DNA of 64,000 nucleotides from Syncephalis fuscata S228 (taxonomy: Eukaryota > Fungi > Zoopagomycota). Where the stretch lies: positions 248,001-312,000 of the forward strand of contig JAHLTZ010000008.1 of the NCBI GenBank assembly GCA_025786725.1, written 5' to 3'. Shown here piece after piece: positions 13,163-25,977 of this stretch. The position numbers and the translations under genes are program-made. The notes beneath the pieces were generated by a model. The model made no database searches. It was not told the origin of the DNA and saw nothing but the letters and a program-made list of their open reading frames with translations. Numbering within the stretch: position 1 is the stretch's first letter; each line of letters starts with the position of its first letter.

Positions 13163-13895
13163 ATGTTGCGCAACACTTTCTCTTCGCCCAACGATCAGTA
13201 CAGCGTGGCCTTTTGGCACAGACGGCAGGTATAACTCGTCCCTTGTTGCCATTAGGTGCCGTGGCCGTACGTAGTTACCATGAAAAGGTGAGCAATTATT
13301 CAAGGTGGCGACAGTAGAGGAGCAGTAGGCGGAAGAGGATGGCTGCAATACAGTCTATAAACATGTCGCTATTAGTGATAGTCGAGCATAGACATAGCTA
13401 TTGATACGTAATAACAGATCAGCTAACCTATTGATTGTCATTTAGGTGATTGATCACTATGAACGACCAAGAAATGTAGGCTCTCTACCAAAGTCTGATC
13501 CTGATGTGGGCACTGGTCTTGTTGGTGCTCCAGCCTGCGGCGATGTTATGAAGCTACAGATCCGCGTGGACGAGACGACGGGCAAGATTGTCGACGTTAA
13601 ATTCAAAACATTTGGCTGTGGTTCTGCCATTGCCTCATCCTCGTATATGACAGAGCGAGTACGGGGACTTCATTTGGACGAGGCAGTCAAGATTAAGAAT
13701 ACCGAGATTGCCAAGGAGCTTTGCTTGCCACCCGTCAAGTTGCATTGCTCAAGTAAGTGATTGTCCATGGTGACAGTGATTAGATACTGATATTGTATTG
13801 TTGCTATAATAGTGCTTGCCGAGGATGCTATCATGTCGGCAGTGAACGACTATAAGCGAAAGCGTGGTGGTACTAAGCAGCAAGCTACCGCTTAA
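13163..13895 (+). CDS. ISU1: Mitochondrial Fe-S cluster scaffold IscU/Isu1, 3 exons
   Basis: RSYHEK/VIDHYERPRNVGS...GLVGAPACGDVMKLQI...FKTFGCGSAIASSS...LCLPPVKLHCS/VLAEDAI. The presequence needs one extra T in the T-run at about 13177-13179 to join the ATG at 13163 (likely consensus error). Confidence 0.97.
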
Positions 13896-14357
13896 GTTTT
13901 AGTTCTCTTTTCCTTTCTATGAATTTACTCTTCCCATCTCACCTCAATCCTATTGGGCTATGGGCTCATTTATCATGATTATTTCTATTTTTTGTGGATA
14001 CGTTAGGCGTAGTGTACATTCAATAACAACAATGATAATAATGGATTGATATTATTTTTACTAGTATGCTATTAAATATTAATGAATCAAAGCTTATTTG
14101 TATGAATTTGGTCAGAAAATGAAATGTATTTAATGTTGGTCCAACTAATAATATTCGATCATGAATTTGTTTGTAAATGCGGTATTATAAATGTGCAGTT
14201 TGATTATATTTGAATCAAATATGGTTGTAGATTATATGAAAACTAATTAGTGACCAAGGTAACAAATAAGCAATATTGATTAGTAGCGGCTTTGTTAACC
14301 GATCAATCATTTCAAAAACGTTGGTGCTCCAATTTCTTGTTTACTTGACTATTTATC

Positions 14358-16045
14358 ATGGCAACAGACAAGTCGCTTCAAGCCGATGACTTGGAGATTC
14401 CACTTAGGGACTTGGATTTCTGGGAAAATTCAATATCTGGCGATTGCAAAGAACAGCATCATCTGACCAACAGTGTGATCCGAAAGATGAAATATTTGTT
14501 GAAATAGATGATAAAGAGGCAGCATCAATATTCAGCGCAACTTATGAGCAAAATGCACCAATCGATTATGTACAGTCGCAATGCCCCTATTTAATTTGGA
14601 ATAGACCTCAAATATCCATTTATAGTTGGCATGGTATTATAAAACGAGCTAAAAGAATAGGTGTTGCAGCAGCCATTCGACTATGCTATATATTAGCATT
14701 GTTATTGGTTGCCGTTATAGTAGCTATATTGATAAAGAAGTGGATTGAGCCTAGTCAATATAACTATAAATTACTGCATTTTGATTGGAATGCTGGGCCG
14801 GAAAATAGTCTTATACCCATCGGGATAGCCGATTCAGCAAATAATACTTACAATGTTCGACTTGACGGCCATGCACATACCACTGTATCGGATGGTCAGC
14901 TAAGTCCGAGTCAATTAGTAGATTGGGCAGTTGGTAAGTCGATACATATTTTATTTTATGTGCATTAGTATTTATAAAAACATAAAAAGCGCATGGATAC
15001 AATGCCTTAGTTGTAAGTGATCATAATACGGTAGAAGGTGGACTACAAGCCCGTTCGTATGCTGAAACCGAATATCCTGGAAAAATACTAATTATTCCAG
15101 GTCAAGAATATAGGTAAATTAGTACAGTACATTTGATTTGTCATGCCAACAACCTAGAATAGCTGTTGTCGCATTCATATGAATTTTCTTAATATCAATC
15201 ATACTGTGCCAGTCGGTCCGCCGGAACCAACGAATGAAGACTTAAGACATGCTATTGATGAGGTGCATCGTCAGGGTGGATTAGTAGGCTTAAAATACAA
15301 CAGCTGTATAGTTATATAACCAATATATTGATTATTTAGGCTGTTGTCAATCATATTCCATGGTCCAATAGAACTTCTCGCTACTACCAATTGGCAACAT
15401 TACCTAATCATCCATCACGCGAGGAATTACTAGACATGGGCGTTGATGGTAAGTAAACAGCTACCTTTATTTATATGCTAACAATTAGTATCTTTATTAT
15501 TAGGCTTTGAGCTAATTAATGGCGACACTTTTGATTATCCTAGTTTTCAATTTCTTCGACAAAGACTTGTTGCAAATCCTAATAGTCGTCCAGTTTTTGC
15601 TATTACTGGTAGCGATTTGCATCAGCCAGATGGTGCCTATGCCTGGACCGTACTGCAAACATCCAATTTTAGCGTTAGCGCTATTATGGATGAGCTACGT
15701 GCCGGAAGAACAAAGTTTCTTTTTAATCCAGCAGGAACGCGTCTACGTAGTTATCCCGAAAATAACAAGAGATGGGAAATGCTTGCGCCATTTATTTATT
15801 TAAATGATTATCTTGCTTCTATGTATCAGATATTTCTAGGTATGCCTTCTTTCCAAGGAGGATTCTGTCAAACTACTAGCCCACAATTCCATTTCAGAAT
15901 GTTATTTAGCCTGTTTATATGCTTTCTAGTTATTTGGGTTTGTTTCAAAGCGATAAGAACATGTATAATGCGCGGATGGAATAGTCTTTTGTCCGTATAT
16001 AGAAAATCACGACTACAAACCAAAAGATCTAATAGGCTGAATTAA
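14358..16045 (+). CDS. PHP-family (polymerase/histidinol phosphatase-like) metallo-phosphoesterase flanked by two transmembrane helices
   Basis: Motifs DGHAHTTVSDG, ALVVSDHNT, IPGQEY...IHMN, NHIPWS, VDGFELING and GSDLHQP; hydrophobic helices YILALLLVAVIVAILI and MLFSLFICFLVIWVCF. Probable -1 error near 14418; the start codon is inferred. Confidence 0.8.
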
Positions 16046-16530
16046 TGACCAGTATTGCATTTTAGTATTCTTTTATTGTTTTTCAATGTATATAAAATAA
16101 AACAGCAGGTTATGCCATTAATCAAACCAGATGTTACAATTTTGTAGCCAGTTTAATTGAACGTCGCTGTTTTCAAATCGGTGATTCTATCAATGTCCAT
16201 AAAATCCTTGTAAACTACTGTGCAGCAAAACGCTTATTGATTTAAACATTAATACTAGTAGTTAGCACGTTGCACGGTTAATTATTTAACTGATAACTAA
16301 TTATAGCAATTCCTCTATTTAGTCTAACATATTAACACTTATAAACTGTAAATCTCTAGCCAATCAGGTATACAATAGTCAATTTTATTTGCAAATGGTG
16401 TAACATAAATTTATTGTAAAGCTTTTTGGTATATTATAATAAAGTAATTGGTACATAATGCTCAAGGTATATTATTCTTTCTGGATAATTAATAGTCGTA
16501 GCAACAAGTATTGGATAAAAATAAGTATAA

Positions 16531-18776
16531 TTAAAGAATGCATCGACATAGAGGACAGGCCTGATTGTGCTTAAGCCATTGTTGAAGACAAATATCGTGA
16601 AATCTAATGCCATGTAAGCTCAGTGTTTTTAATTATTGTAATAACTTACACATGATTACAGGTAGGAAATACATTTACTATTTCCTTTGGCATGTATCCT
16701 CCAAACAAATGGTACATCTAATAGAATATTGTATTAGCTAAAATGTTTGGATTGATTTTCTACATACCGATATAGATTTGCATGGCCAGATGGCTCAAGC
16801 GTATTTCCTTTATGTTCTTCGACTGTAATTTGTTTTAACAGTGCAAGCTGATACTCGGATGCACCACGCGATCTTACTTCACCAATAATATTGGACAGAG
16901 CAAGCAAATCCTAGAAATAACACACTCTTATTAAAATAGTTTTTATAAGCGCTAAATAATTACCTCATAATCCAAGCCAGTCTCTTCATCAGCAATTAGC
17001 ATTCTTTCTAAAGAGTTCCAAAACTCTACATTGGATCTTTGATCTTCTTCATTCATTTGTGCATTATTCTGTCAATTTAATTGAATTAGTACTATTTAAT
17101 AGCCATCAAGTATAACTTACATTGAAAAATGAGGTTTGAACATCAAAATTACTATAATCTGGATCATCATGATCGTTTTGCCTAAATAATCCTAACTGCT
17201 GTCGCGATAGTTGTCGTACTGTCATAAAACATTAAACATTTGATAAAATAAAATAATCAACGCCAACAATTCTTACCTAATGAAGAGTGCATTGAAGCTA
17301 AATCAGCAAAGCTTGGCGATCGCTGCTCTAAACGACTGGCATTGGTTGCTTGTTGCCGTTGTGTCTGGGCAGCCACACGCATCGATGATACAAATGTCTC
17401 CGGCGATTGAAGCTGTCGGTATTGACCACGACTAACCAATGTTTGCGATAGCCCTGTACTTAAAGTATGATCATTGTCATTTGCATCAATACTACTCGTA
17501 CTTTCTCGTCGATTATTAGTATTTGACATAAACGGAGACGAGGGTGATGTAGACGTGGCTGCCCAATAAGAATAAGGGGTCAGCGAAGCCATTAATCGAC
17601 CCGGCTGTCCCGTCTCCGTTAATTCTTCGTGAAAACTGTGTCGAGACAATATCATACCCCATCTGCGACGACGTCGTGTGTCTCGGACCGATTCCGTTTG
17701 TTGTCCATGCAATGTCGGTGGATGTGCATAAGGTGAATGCACATCCAACGCTGTTCGTCTACTTCTTATACCCCTCAAGAATCGTAAATGATTTTGCAGT
17801 GATCGAATAACCCGTTGCGCCGGTGAATTAACTGGAGGATGTGACTCTAATTGGTGATGATAATCTGTATAAACACTTTCTTGTGATACATGTGATTCAT
17901 CTATCGGTGCTGCCGGGTCATCCTGCCCAGTACGTAAAAAGTACCGTTGGTATGTTTGATTAAATTGAACCTCCATTTCGTTGGCAAAGCTTTGGTGGGC
18001 ACGACGTAATCCTAGACGTGATCGACGTCGCTGTCGACTATACGATCTTCTCATCTGCTGAAAAGGTTCTTGTGCTAACTCATACGTACTTTCCAGCTGT
18101 GATGTGGGAATGATCACATCAGAAGTTATTACGCCATTTGACTCCATAGCCTGTCTGTCATTTACTGGTTCCAGTAGCGTTTCCGTCTCTTCTACATCGT
18201 TGATTGTTTCCATGGGTGGTGAAAGTCCATCAAAATCTGTCATCACTGCGGCAATAGCCATCAGTTCACATACTTGATCTTCTGTGGCATTAATGCCCAG
18301 TAGCGCGGCCAGTACAGGAAAGTGATTTGAATAACTGCCACTCTCACTCGCTATACTGTCGCCAACATGTCGATGGGACACTGGCGTTGTTATACCCATC
18401 GCCGAATGGTTACTCTCCGTGGATGATGTGACGGTTATTCGTTGGGTATCTTCCACTAATAATGCACAAACACAATAAAGTAAGAAACTATAATTGACTG
18501 ATGCAGCCTTCATTCAAAACAGGCCCCTATCATATATGGGGAAATAGATATAGAACAGTACACATCTGATCGAAGTACTATACAACTAGAAATGACATCA
18601 TTGATCACATTGAACTATCACATGATGTGCCAATACTTTGCAGATGATGTGCACATTACTTAATATGACCGTCTATACAAAAATACCAATACAATAATAA
18701 AAGAGTGTAGCTTACCAGCAATATTCTCGTTTGAAAAAGTAGCTGATATTGCTGAATGACAATTCTGCGTAAACAT
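16531..18776 (-). CDS. RING-H2 E3 ubiquitin ligase with long disordered N-terminus
   Basis: Spliced C-terminus DYEDLLALSNIIGEVRSRGA...RCTICLED...CNHVFHDICLQQWLKHNQACPLCRCIL*; large exon about 17278-18455. The 5' exons and start codon are uncertain. Confidence 0.85.
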
Positions 18777-19414
18777 TTTTGTTGCAGTAAAGATAAAGTC
18801 GGCTCTTTTTGCTTGTAACAATCTGGTACTAGTGTTATTTAGGTAAATGGACAATAAAGAATCAATAGAAATTTAATATGAAATAATGGAATAGAATAAA
18901 CAATTAATAAGCTATATTTGTATAGCTATAAATAAAACAAGTTAATAAGTCATAAAGCTTGATATTCATCATACTTACTGGCAATGTATCATATCTTATT
19001 CACCTACAATGATGCGGATCAGAGGTTACTTAAAATAGCGTTAACTAAACAAGATGGTTAGCCAGCGAGAGAGTAGGCACACAGTGCAATGTATGTCGGC
19101 TTGGTTGCGACAGCTGAAAGGGGAAGGAGTATACGTACTGGGATTGTTTAAATCTATTGTTGACCAAAGTAAACAGCATTTTTGTTATTGCTTGCCAACG
19201 GGCTTTTTTTCGGCTTGGTATTATGATTATGAACGTGGAGAATGTTATTGTATTTTTGTTTGTTAGCATTACTATTAATTACAATAAATTAAAAATACAT
19301 TAATATAGAATAGCATTTAATAAATTAATAAACATTAATGTCATTTAATTAACAGATTTGCACGTTGATTTGTATATAAATTCCATTCTATTCGTTGTTA
19401 TATACTTGTAATCA

Positions 19415-21089
19415 TTATTCACGAGGCAAAATGGGCTCAGTTTCCTCTAGATGTTCGGCGTCACTGGAACGACGTAGCATCTTGGGTGGTTCTATCACGC
19501 CATTGTACAAGAATGTGCCATAGACCAGCATAACAAATCCAAGTACTTGTAGCCATTTGAAATGTTCCCATCCAAGTGATAGACTGACCATCCAAATAAA
19601 AATGTACTAAAATACGATTCATTAGTCTATTATTAACATATATATATAATATCTATACTTACCGGCAAGTATCAATGGTGGCACGAGACACTGAACTCAA
19701 GTGACGTGTTACCGATAAACCAAACCAATTGAAAAGAGAAATACTAAGAGCGAATGCAATGCCAATCTTCCAGACCATCTCATTATCCCAAAATTGATGC
19801 CACCCAGCATAGATGTCAAAGAAGCCACCCGGGTTTAGAATACCAAGTGTAAAATAGAGTAGTGGCATGGCCGTAATAATGGTAATACAGCCCCAGAAAC
19901 CTTCCAAGCCAACGGCCATTAATGGTTCGACTGCATAATGCTTTAGAATCTTTTCTTCAACGACAAATTGGATGGCTGTAAACATTTGGGCAAACAAGAC
20001 CATGAAAATACCCAATGCAGCACGAGCAAATTCTTCAATTTCCGACTCCGTATCTGAAGCATTGTCGGTTGGTTTTGGATCGGATGTGGCGCCAATAAGA
20101 CCGCTAAGACCCACCACACTTACACCAAGCATGACGGTCATTAGGCCAAACCATTGGAATAGTGCAATACGATGACGCAAAAAGATAACACTAAGAATGG
20201 CCGAAAAGATAACAACGGCGCCACGTAGCATTTGGTAAATTGAAGCCGTTGTATAAATTAGACCAACATTCATTAACTAAAAAGAGCATTTAGTCGTTTC
20301 CATTATACGTATCAAACAACTTACTGTAGTACCGCAAATATCACACATGGTAGGAATCCAGAAAAGAAATCGGGCAAAGTTGTTCATAGGCTTTAATCCA
20401 GCCATGGTATTCTCAACTTCAATGCGAATCGACTCCGAAATAGTATCGCTTAGTGTGTCGATGGCATCATGCTTGACTTTTAAACGACCTTCTATTTCTT
20501 TCCCCTTGTTCGTTAGCTTATCCTTGGCCTTTTTAGCCGATTCTTTAATCTTTTCACGGCCTTCCTCCCATTCTTCTTTTGCTTTCTTTAAAAAATCGGA
20601 TGGCTTTCTATGTTTTTTTTGTGATCCGGAGGCACCTTCATCATCACTACTGCTACTACTGCTACTGTTGCTATTTCTTCGAAGTCTGTCTATAATTGAG
20701 GTACTGGCTTTTTCAGACGACGAAGTAAGTACTCTGACACTACGCCAGGCCCGGAATCCGGTGGCAGCCATACTGAAATAAACTACAAATAAACATATTA
20801 ATTCACCAACAAACTAAAAGTCACAATTAGCACATATATAGCCATTAAATAATATATAACTTACCATGTTTAATGTTTGATAAATTGGTTGTTCAAAGTA
20901 TTTGCGCTTTGAATGATCGGGATCATCGCAGTTCTCCACGCACTGCATATCCTGGACTTTGTTAAGGATTGTGTTGCAGGTACCAGTAAACAGCATACCG
21001 ACAACAAGCAACGTTGTATACGTGCTAAGCGAGCTACGTCGACGAAGCAGAAGGCCTCGCGACCTTTCTCCTGACTCGACCGACGACAT
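19415..21089 (-). CDS. SLC35F6-like nucleotide-sugar/drug-metabolite (DMT) transporter
   Basis: MLFTGTCNTILNKVQD, FEQPIYQTLNM/FVGELICL, FWIPTMCDICGTT/LMNVGL, SIYQMLRGAVVIF, QFVVEEKIL, VGLEGFWG, FNWFGLSVT, RATIDTCR, GWEHFKWLQVLGF. Confidence 0.9.
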
Positions 21090-21414
21090 GATTTTATTAT
21101 TTCTACTGCAGTCAGTGGATTTAGACAGGCGTAGCAATCAAAGCGACGAGTTAAGATATTCGATAAGAGATAAAGCAAACAGTAATCGAATGAAAAGTAT
21201 AATAAAAATATTCAAGCAAACAGTAGTTGAATGAAATGATGGAAGCAAAGGATACAAGTTAAGATGAAGTAGCTAGAGAAAAAAGTTAACGAGCCCCTTT
21301 TGAAGTCATGGCCCTTGTTACATGGCGCGAGTTAATGCGTGGATATATCATATGATGCATTCCTTTTTGCCGCAATTCAGATTACTGCAAACAGGATTTA
21401 TCTAAATAGCTTTT

Positions 21415-24400
21415 ATTAAATGTTGCAAGCAGCATCTTTCATTTATAAAATAAATGTTTCATATATTTGACTTCCATTCACGCCAAATCGGCTAATAGAG
21501 AAATTTGATATTCTATATTCGGGCGATTTCCACGACTTCTCTTTTCTTGATGCTTTTAGATCTGATACTTCGATGAGGCCTAAAGACTCAGCTTCATTGT
21601 TGTCTTCAGTTTTTCTGATAGTAAGACAAGCTGGTGGCTTGTAAATTCGGCCAGTGCGCATATCAATAAACCAGTTCTTTTTGTATCTTCTACTAAATAT
21701 GTTGCATAAAGACCCAATAAACGGAGTAAGCTCAACATTAAATGGCACAGTAATCGAGCGTAGTAAATCCCCATTTCTAGCATCCAGTACATCAATTGTT
21801 TTACCACTATGAACAATAATTATTTTTTCACTGTATAATCCAGTAATAGTATTTTCAATTATAGGTCGCCTCCATAATATATATCCTTGATCGGAATTAT
21901 CAATTGGTTGTAATTGGCCGTAATCTCTAGCATCGAATAGTGATTGCGGTGAGGTATTCGATGCATCTTTTCCAAATACAAAGAAAAAAAGCAAGGTATC
22001 AAATGGATCGTCGCAATTGCTGCTTGAATCATAGTATGGATTAGCTACAGTGATTAGGCACATCTTTTCTGTGTATGTCCCTGCACCAACTATAGCGTCT
22101 GGCCAATATGGAATAGTAATTTGGCCCGATAATATTTCCTTACTCTTAGACCAACCCTTATGAGCATCAAGTAGCTTCCATTGAATGTAGAGTAATGGAT
22201 TATCATTGCCAGCTATTTGCGAGTCTTCATTAGCAATAAATGTGGAAGCAAGGTCAAATGCTCCAACGTCGTGTACTATTGCGCATGTTAGAAATTGACA
22301 CTTATCGTGAGAGGCAAACTGAATACAAGATGATGTTTCATCATTGTATAGTTTTACTCCTTCTATCCATTGGCCTTCATCTAAATTAATTAAATCAAAT
22401 CGTCGGTATGAATATTGTGCATAGTAAATACAAAAGAGTGCCCATTCATTACAAGTATCAGAAAAATGGCTAAACTCTTCTCTTCCCCTGTTGTCATATC
22501 CATGTCCAAGATAAATAACATTAGGTAATGAGCTGCCAGCATTGGGCCATACTAGAATGGCTGTTCGCTGGCTACTTTTTCGTTCATTCGAAGCTGCAAT
22601 GGTTGCTGATGCAGTAGAGTGCTCATCTAACGTATTAAAAACTTTAGATGCACTTTCTTTAATGTGTTGTGCTTTTAATTCATTTATGTTTACTAGTTTT
22701 AACGACATTAGTAAATATTAATATAATTATTGGTATTAATAATGACTAGTCACCTATTGGGTCTCCAATATCCACAAGCCTGACATCATTATACGTCATT
22801 ATATTAACATAAGCCATGACAAACTGATGTTGTTCACTGGCAGAAAAGACTACATGACTACAATCAAATAATGCCGGTGGTATAGGTATTGCCAATTCTT
22901 TCCACCCTGGTTCCTCACCACCGTACTCATTCTTTTTGCTGAATAAATTGTGTTGAATTGACCAAGTTTTATATCCTCTTTTGTCTGATACCAATGTATA
23001 CCAAGGGTTTACGTCGGCTAGCTCCATTTGAATGTTTCCATCAGCCGGTAATTGATATATCTGCTTTTTGAATCGACCCGCCATAAAATTGCGCTCAATT
23101 TGTCGACGTCGCTGATAAGCGTAAAACCATTGAGTAGCATCAAAACTAGAAACGGATTTTAAATAGCTAGCAAGCAATGCATATTCATTATTGACATTAC
23201 TAACATTTGTACCGATAGGTGCTACTAAATGTTCCTGTTTTGTCTGATTTACATCAAGCGTAGACTCTTTTACTTCTGTTGTAGCATTGATGTGCCAATT
23301 ATACCACATAAGCCATTCTTGTTCGCGCCAATCGCCCAATGAAAATATTTTCTTGTATTGTCGTTCCCAATAATCTGGCCTATCAACTATTGTCTTGTAA
23401 ATAAATCGACAACTGGCGGCAAAGAGTACTAGTTCTTGGCCATCCACAAATCGACACAAATACAGTAAAATGTCATGGCTTTGCCATAGGCGTTCATTAT
23501 TCATAGTTGAAGACATGGCTAGCTAGAAATAACTGTACTAAAATTAATACACGATAGAGAGAACGAATAGTGTTGGATGCAAGTAAAACAAAAAGGTCTT
23601 GCACGACTTTGAGTTGCTTTATTCTATCCATAGTGCAGTGGTTACACAGCTATGTGATTGTTGACGAATGGATATTGTTATTATTTATTTACAAGTAAAA
23701 CAAATACATTGAGATTACATAAAGTCGCGGTAGGCTGTCTGGAAATTAAGCAGCATTACGTCATTGTGTATCGATTGCTATAATATTAAATGATTCACAG
23801 TATTTTATGTAATCAACAAATGCTATTCAACTTAGTAATAAATATAAGAATCCATGTACTTTTAAAATTAAACTAGAAATGAAATGAAGCATAGCGCACG
23901 CATATTAATGTAATAGCATTAGCATAATTAAATACGACAATTAACTAAATAAATCACTAAATTATTATTAAAACAGATGGTGTGACTGTGATTGTATTGC
24001 ATATACGTGGTCAGTATATTAAGATATTATAAAAAGGAACGTATTCAACTAATAAAAGAAATTATATATATATAACATTATAACGCAAAGCAACATATTA
24101 TGATAGATAGAGCGTATGCGTATGATGATTGTATTGTAAGTGAGCCGTCATTTCAAAGTTCAAGGCCTTTGAAGGTTGCACGATATATGTAAATCAAATA
24201 CACGTCTAGCTTACGTTCATTGTAACTACGCATTATGATCATCTATCTTTTAGCAACGTATTATTGATATGAGTAGTTCTTGACAATCTAGCTATTGTCC
24301 TTTTCTTGTCTTATTTACTTATACACAATGATTCATATCCCTATACTTGTTATTGGACGTGTTGCCGCATTTGCCGACAGCGACTCACTTGTTCTGCTTT

Positions 24401-24696
24401 CATGCTGCAGTAAATGGCTGCGGTATTGCGTTAGCCAACATAACAATATCTGGCATCAGCGATATAGGCAGTATTACAATCTTGCTGACGGCAACGAAAT
24501 AAAATGGCTAGCCTGGTATGTGAAGACAGTGCGTGCATCGAAACTGTTGGCATTACAAACCAAGAAAACAGCTAGCATTACTCAATTGAGCAATCAGCAT
24601 ATCGAATGGTTTCATGCATTTTGCTATCGGCGTGCCACTGACGCAAACTGGCTTAAAAGCGCACCATATCCAGTTAAGGATTTAACGGAAGAAGAA
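21415..24696. repeat. Left arm of a ~3.3-kb near-perfect inverted repeat (partner 39740-43020)
   Basis: Identical translations of gene A and the gene B N-terminus, and matching intergenic sequence on opposite strands. Coordinate sums stay at 64435/64436, i.e. one net 1-bp indel. Confidence 0.97.
21443..23516 (-). CDS. Lineage-specific F-box protein, type A copy 1 (2 exons, intron 22693-22753)
   Basis: N-terminal F-box-like HDILLYLCRFVDGQELVLFAASCRFIY...YWERQY. A GT-AG intron with a TACTAAT branch point joins the 256-aa and 421-aa ORFs in frame. The beta-rich C-terminus (TIDVLDARNGDLLRSI) suggests a degenerate propeller. Confidence 0.8.
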
Positions 24697-25977
24697 CCAG
24701 ATAATACACGTTCTATTATATTGCAACGAATTGTTTATCATCATACTGACATGCAGAAATGTTTCATTGCTGAGCAGTGTCAGCCAATAGGAGAGACATT
24801 TACCAAACGATTTTGGCGTTTGTGCAGATTATTTTACGATAATGTAGACTATGTATCATACGCAGAACGATGCCTGATATCAGACAGATTTGTGGTAACT
24901 ATTAGTAGACAAAGAAATAGTGCAAATCTTATTCGTGGAAAAACATGCACTATTTCTATCTGGCCAGTAAATCGAATTTCAATCATGCGACCGCGTCAAT
25001 TCTCCTGTTTATGCGACATTGTAAGCATTAGTGGCCGATGGATGATAATTAATTATTCAGAATTAGCAGACGGGAAAACAAGTGAATCTAATATAATAAC
25101 AACAACTCGCGTTTTTGATCTTGCTAATGGTCAAATGTGCATGGGTACTATTACGAATTATCAAGGAAAAGTTTTTTTACTGAGAGTTACTGAAGAATCA
25201 GTAATTATATTTAGCAGATCGTTGCATTACTTAAATACTAATACCACACTTAAATGGAAGGTGTGGGAGTTTTCAAATTGCCATCTAGGATATGGTCCGC
25301 GCTGTCTAATGCAAGGAGAAATTCGCTTTGAAAGACTTGGAGGTTTTAAAACTACTGTCAAAAAACTAGATAATAGTCGGGTTTTAATTGAAAATCACTT
25401 AAGATTAGGTGGTAATACGTTAAACAAAAATAGACAAGGTGAAATAAGTTTGGCAATGATTTCAACAGAATGCGGCTATTCGAATGCTTGCATTAAAGAT
25501 GTAAAGCCCATCTGGACACGTAGCGATTGTCTTTATGGCACGATACCACTATTTGGTTCTAACCGCATTCTTGTTATATCTGAAAGTGGATGGACGATTT
25601 GCAGCTCAATTGATGGCACTATAATAGCACGCATAGATGTAGAAAATTTAGCTTCGGTGCTTGAAGATTCTCATTTGCTAGATACAAGCATGTATACCAA
25701 TTTTTTTTCATTATATATGGGAAGATTCGTTCTTTATAAGTCTACGCACAATAACACATTTGTAGCCGTGGATTTAATTAATACAAATCGTACTAGAAAT
25801 TTGGGCATGACAAATTCAAAGTACTTGTACGAAAAGTTATATATACATCCGGATATTATTACAAGATTCGACCGTCTAATTGAGAATCGTTTATTACTAA
25901 ATGATAAATTTAGCACGAGAAATGCAATGTTGATAGTAGATAACGAAGATTATAAAATAATAGATTTGTCGCTTTAA
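24328..25977 (+). CDS. Lineage-specific F-box protein, type B copy 1 (intronless, ~549 aa)
   Basis: ATG at 24328: MIHIPILVIGRVAAFADSDSLVLLSCCSKWLRYCV...IWHQRY (F-box-like); beta-rich C-terminal region. Confidence 0.8.
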   Translation: MIHIPILVIGRVAAFADSDSLVLLSCCSKWLRYCVSQHNNIWHQRYRQYYNLADGNEIKWLAWYVKTVRASKLLALQTKKTASITQLSNQHIEWFHAFCYRRATDANWLKSAPYPVKDLTEEEPDNTRSIILQRIVYHHTDMQKCFIAEQCQPIGETFTKRFWRLCRLFYDNVDYVSYAERCLISDRFVVTISRQRNSANLIRGKTCTISIWPVNRISIMRPRQFSCLCDIVSISGRWMIINYSELADGKTSESNIITTTRVFDLANGQMCMGTITNYQGKVFLLRVTEESVIIFSRSLHYLNTNTTLKWKVWEFSNCHLGYGPRCLMQGEIRFERLGGFKTTVKKLDNSRVLIENHLRLGGNTLNKNRQGEISLAMISTECGYSNACIKDVKPIWTRSDCLYGTIPLFGSNRILVISESGWTICSSIDGTIIARIDVENLASVLEDSHLLDTSMYTNFFSLYMGRFVLYKSTHNNTFVAVDLINTNRTRNLGMTNSKYLYEKLYIHPDIITRFDRLIENRLLLNDKFSTRNAMLIVDNEDYKIIDLSL

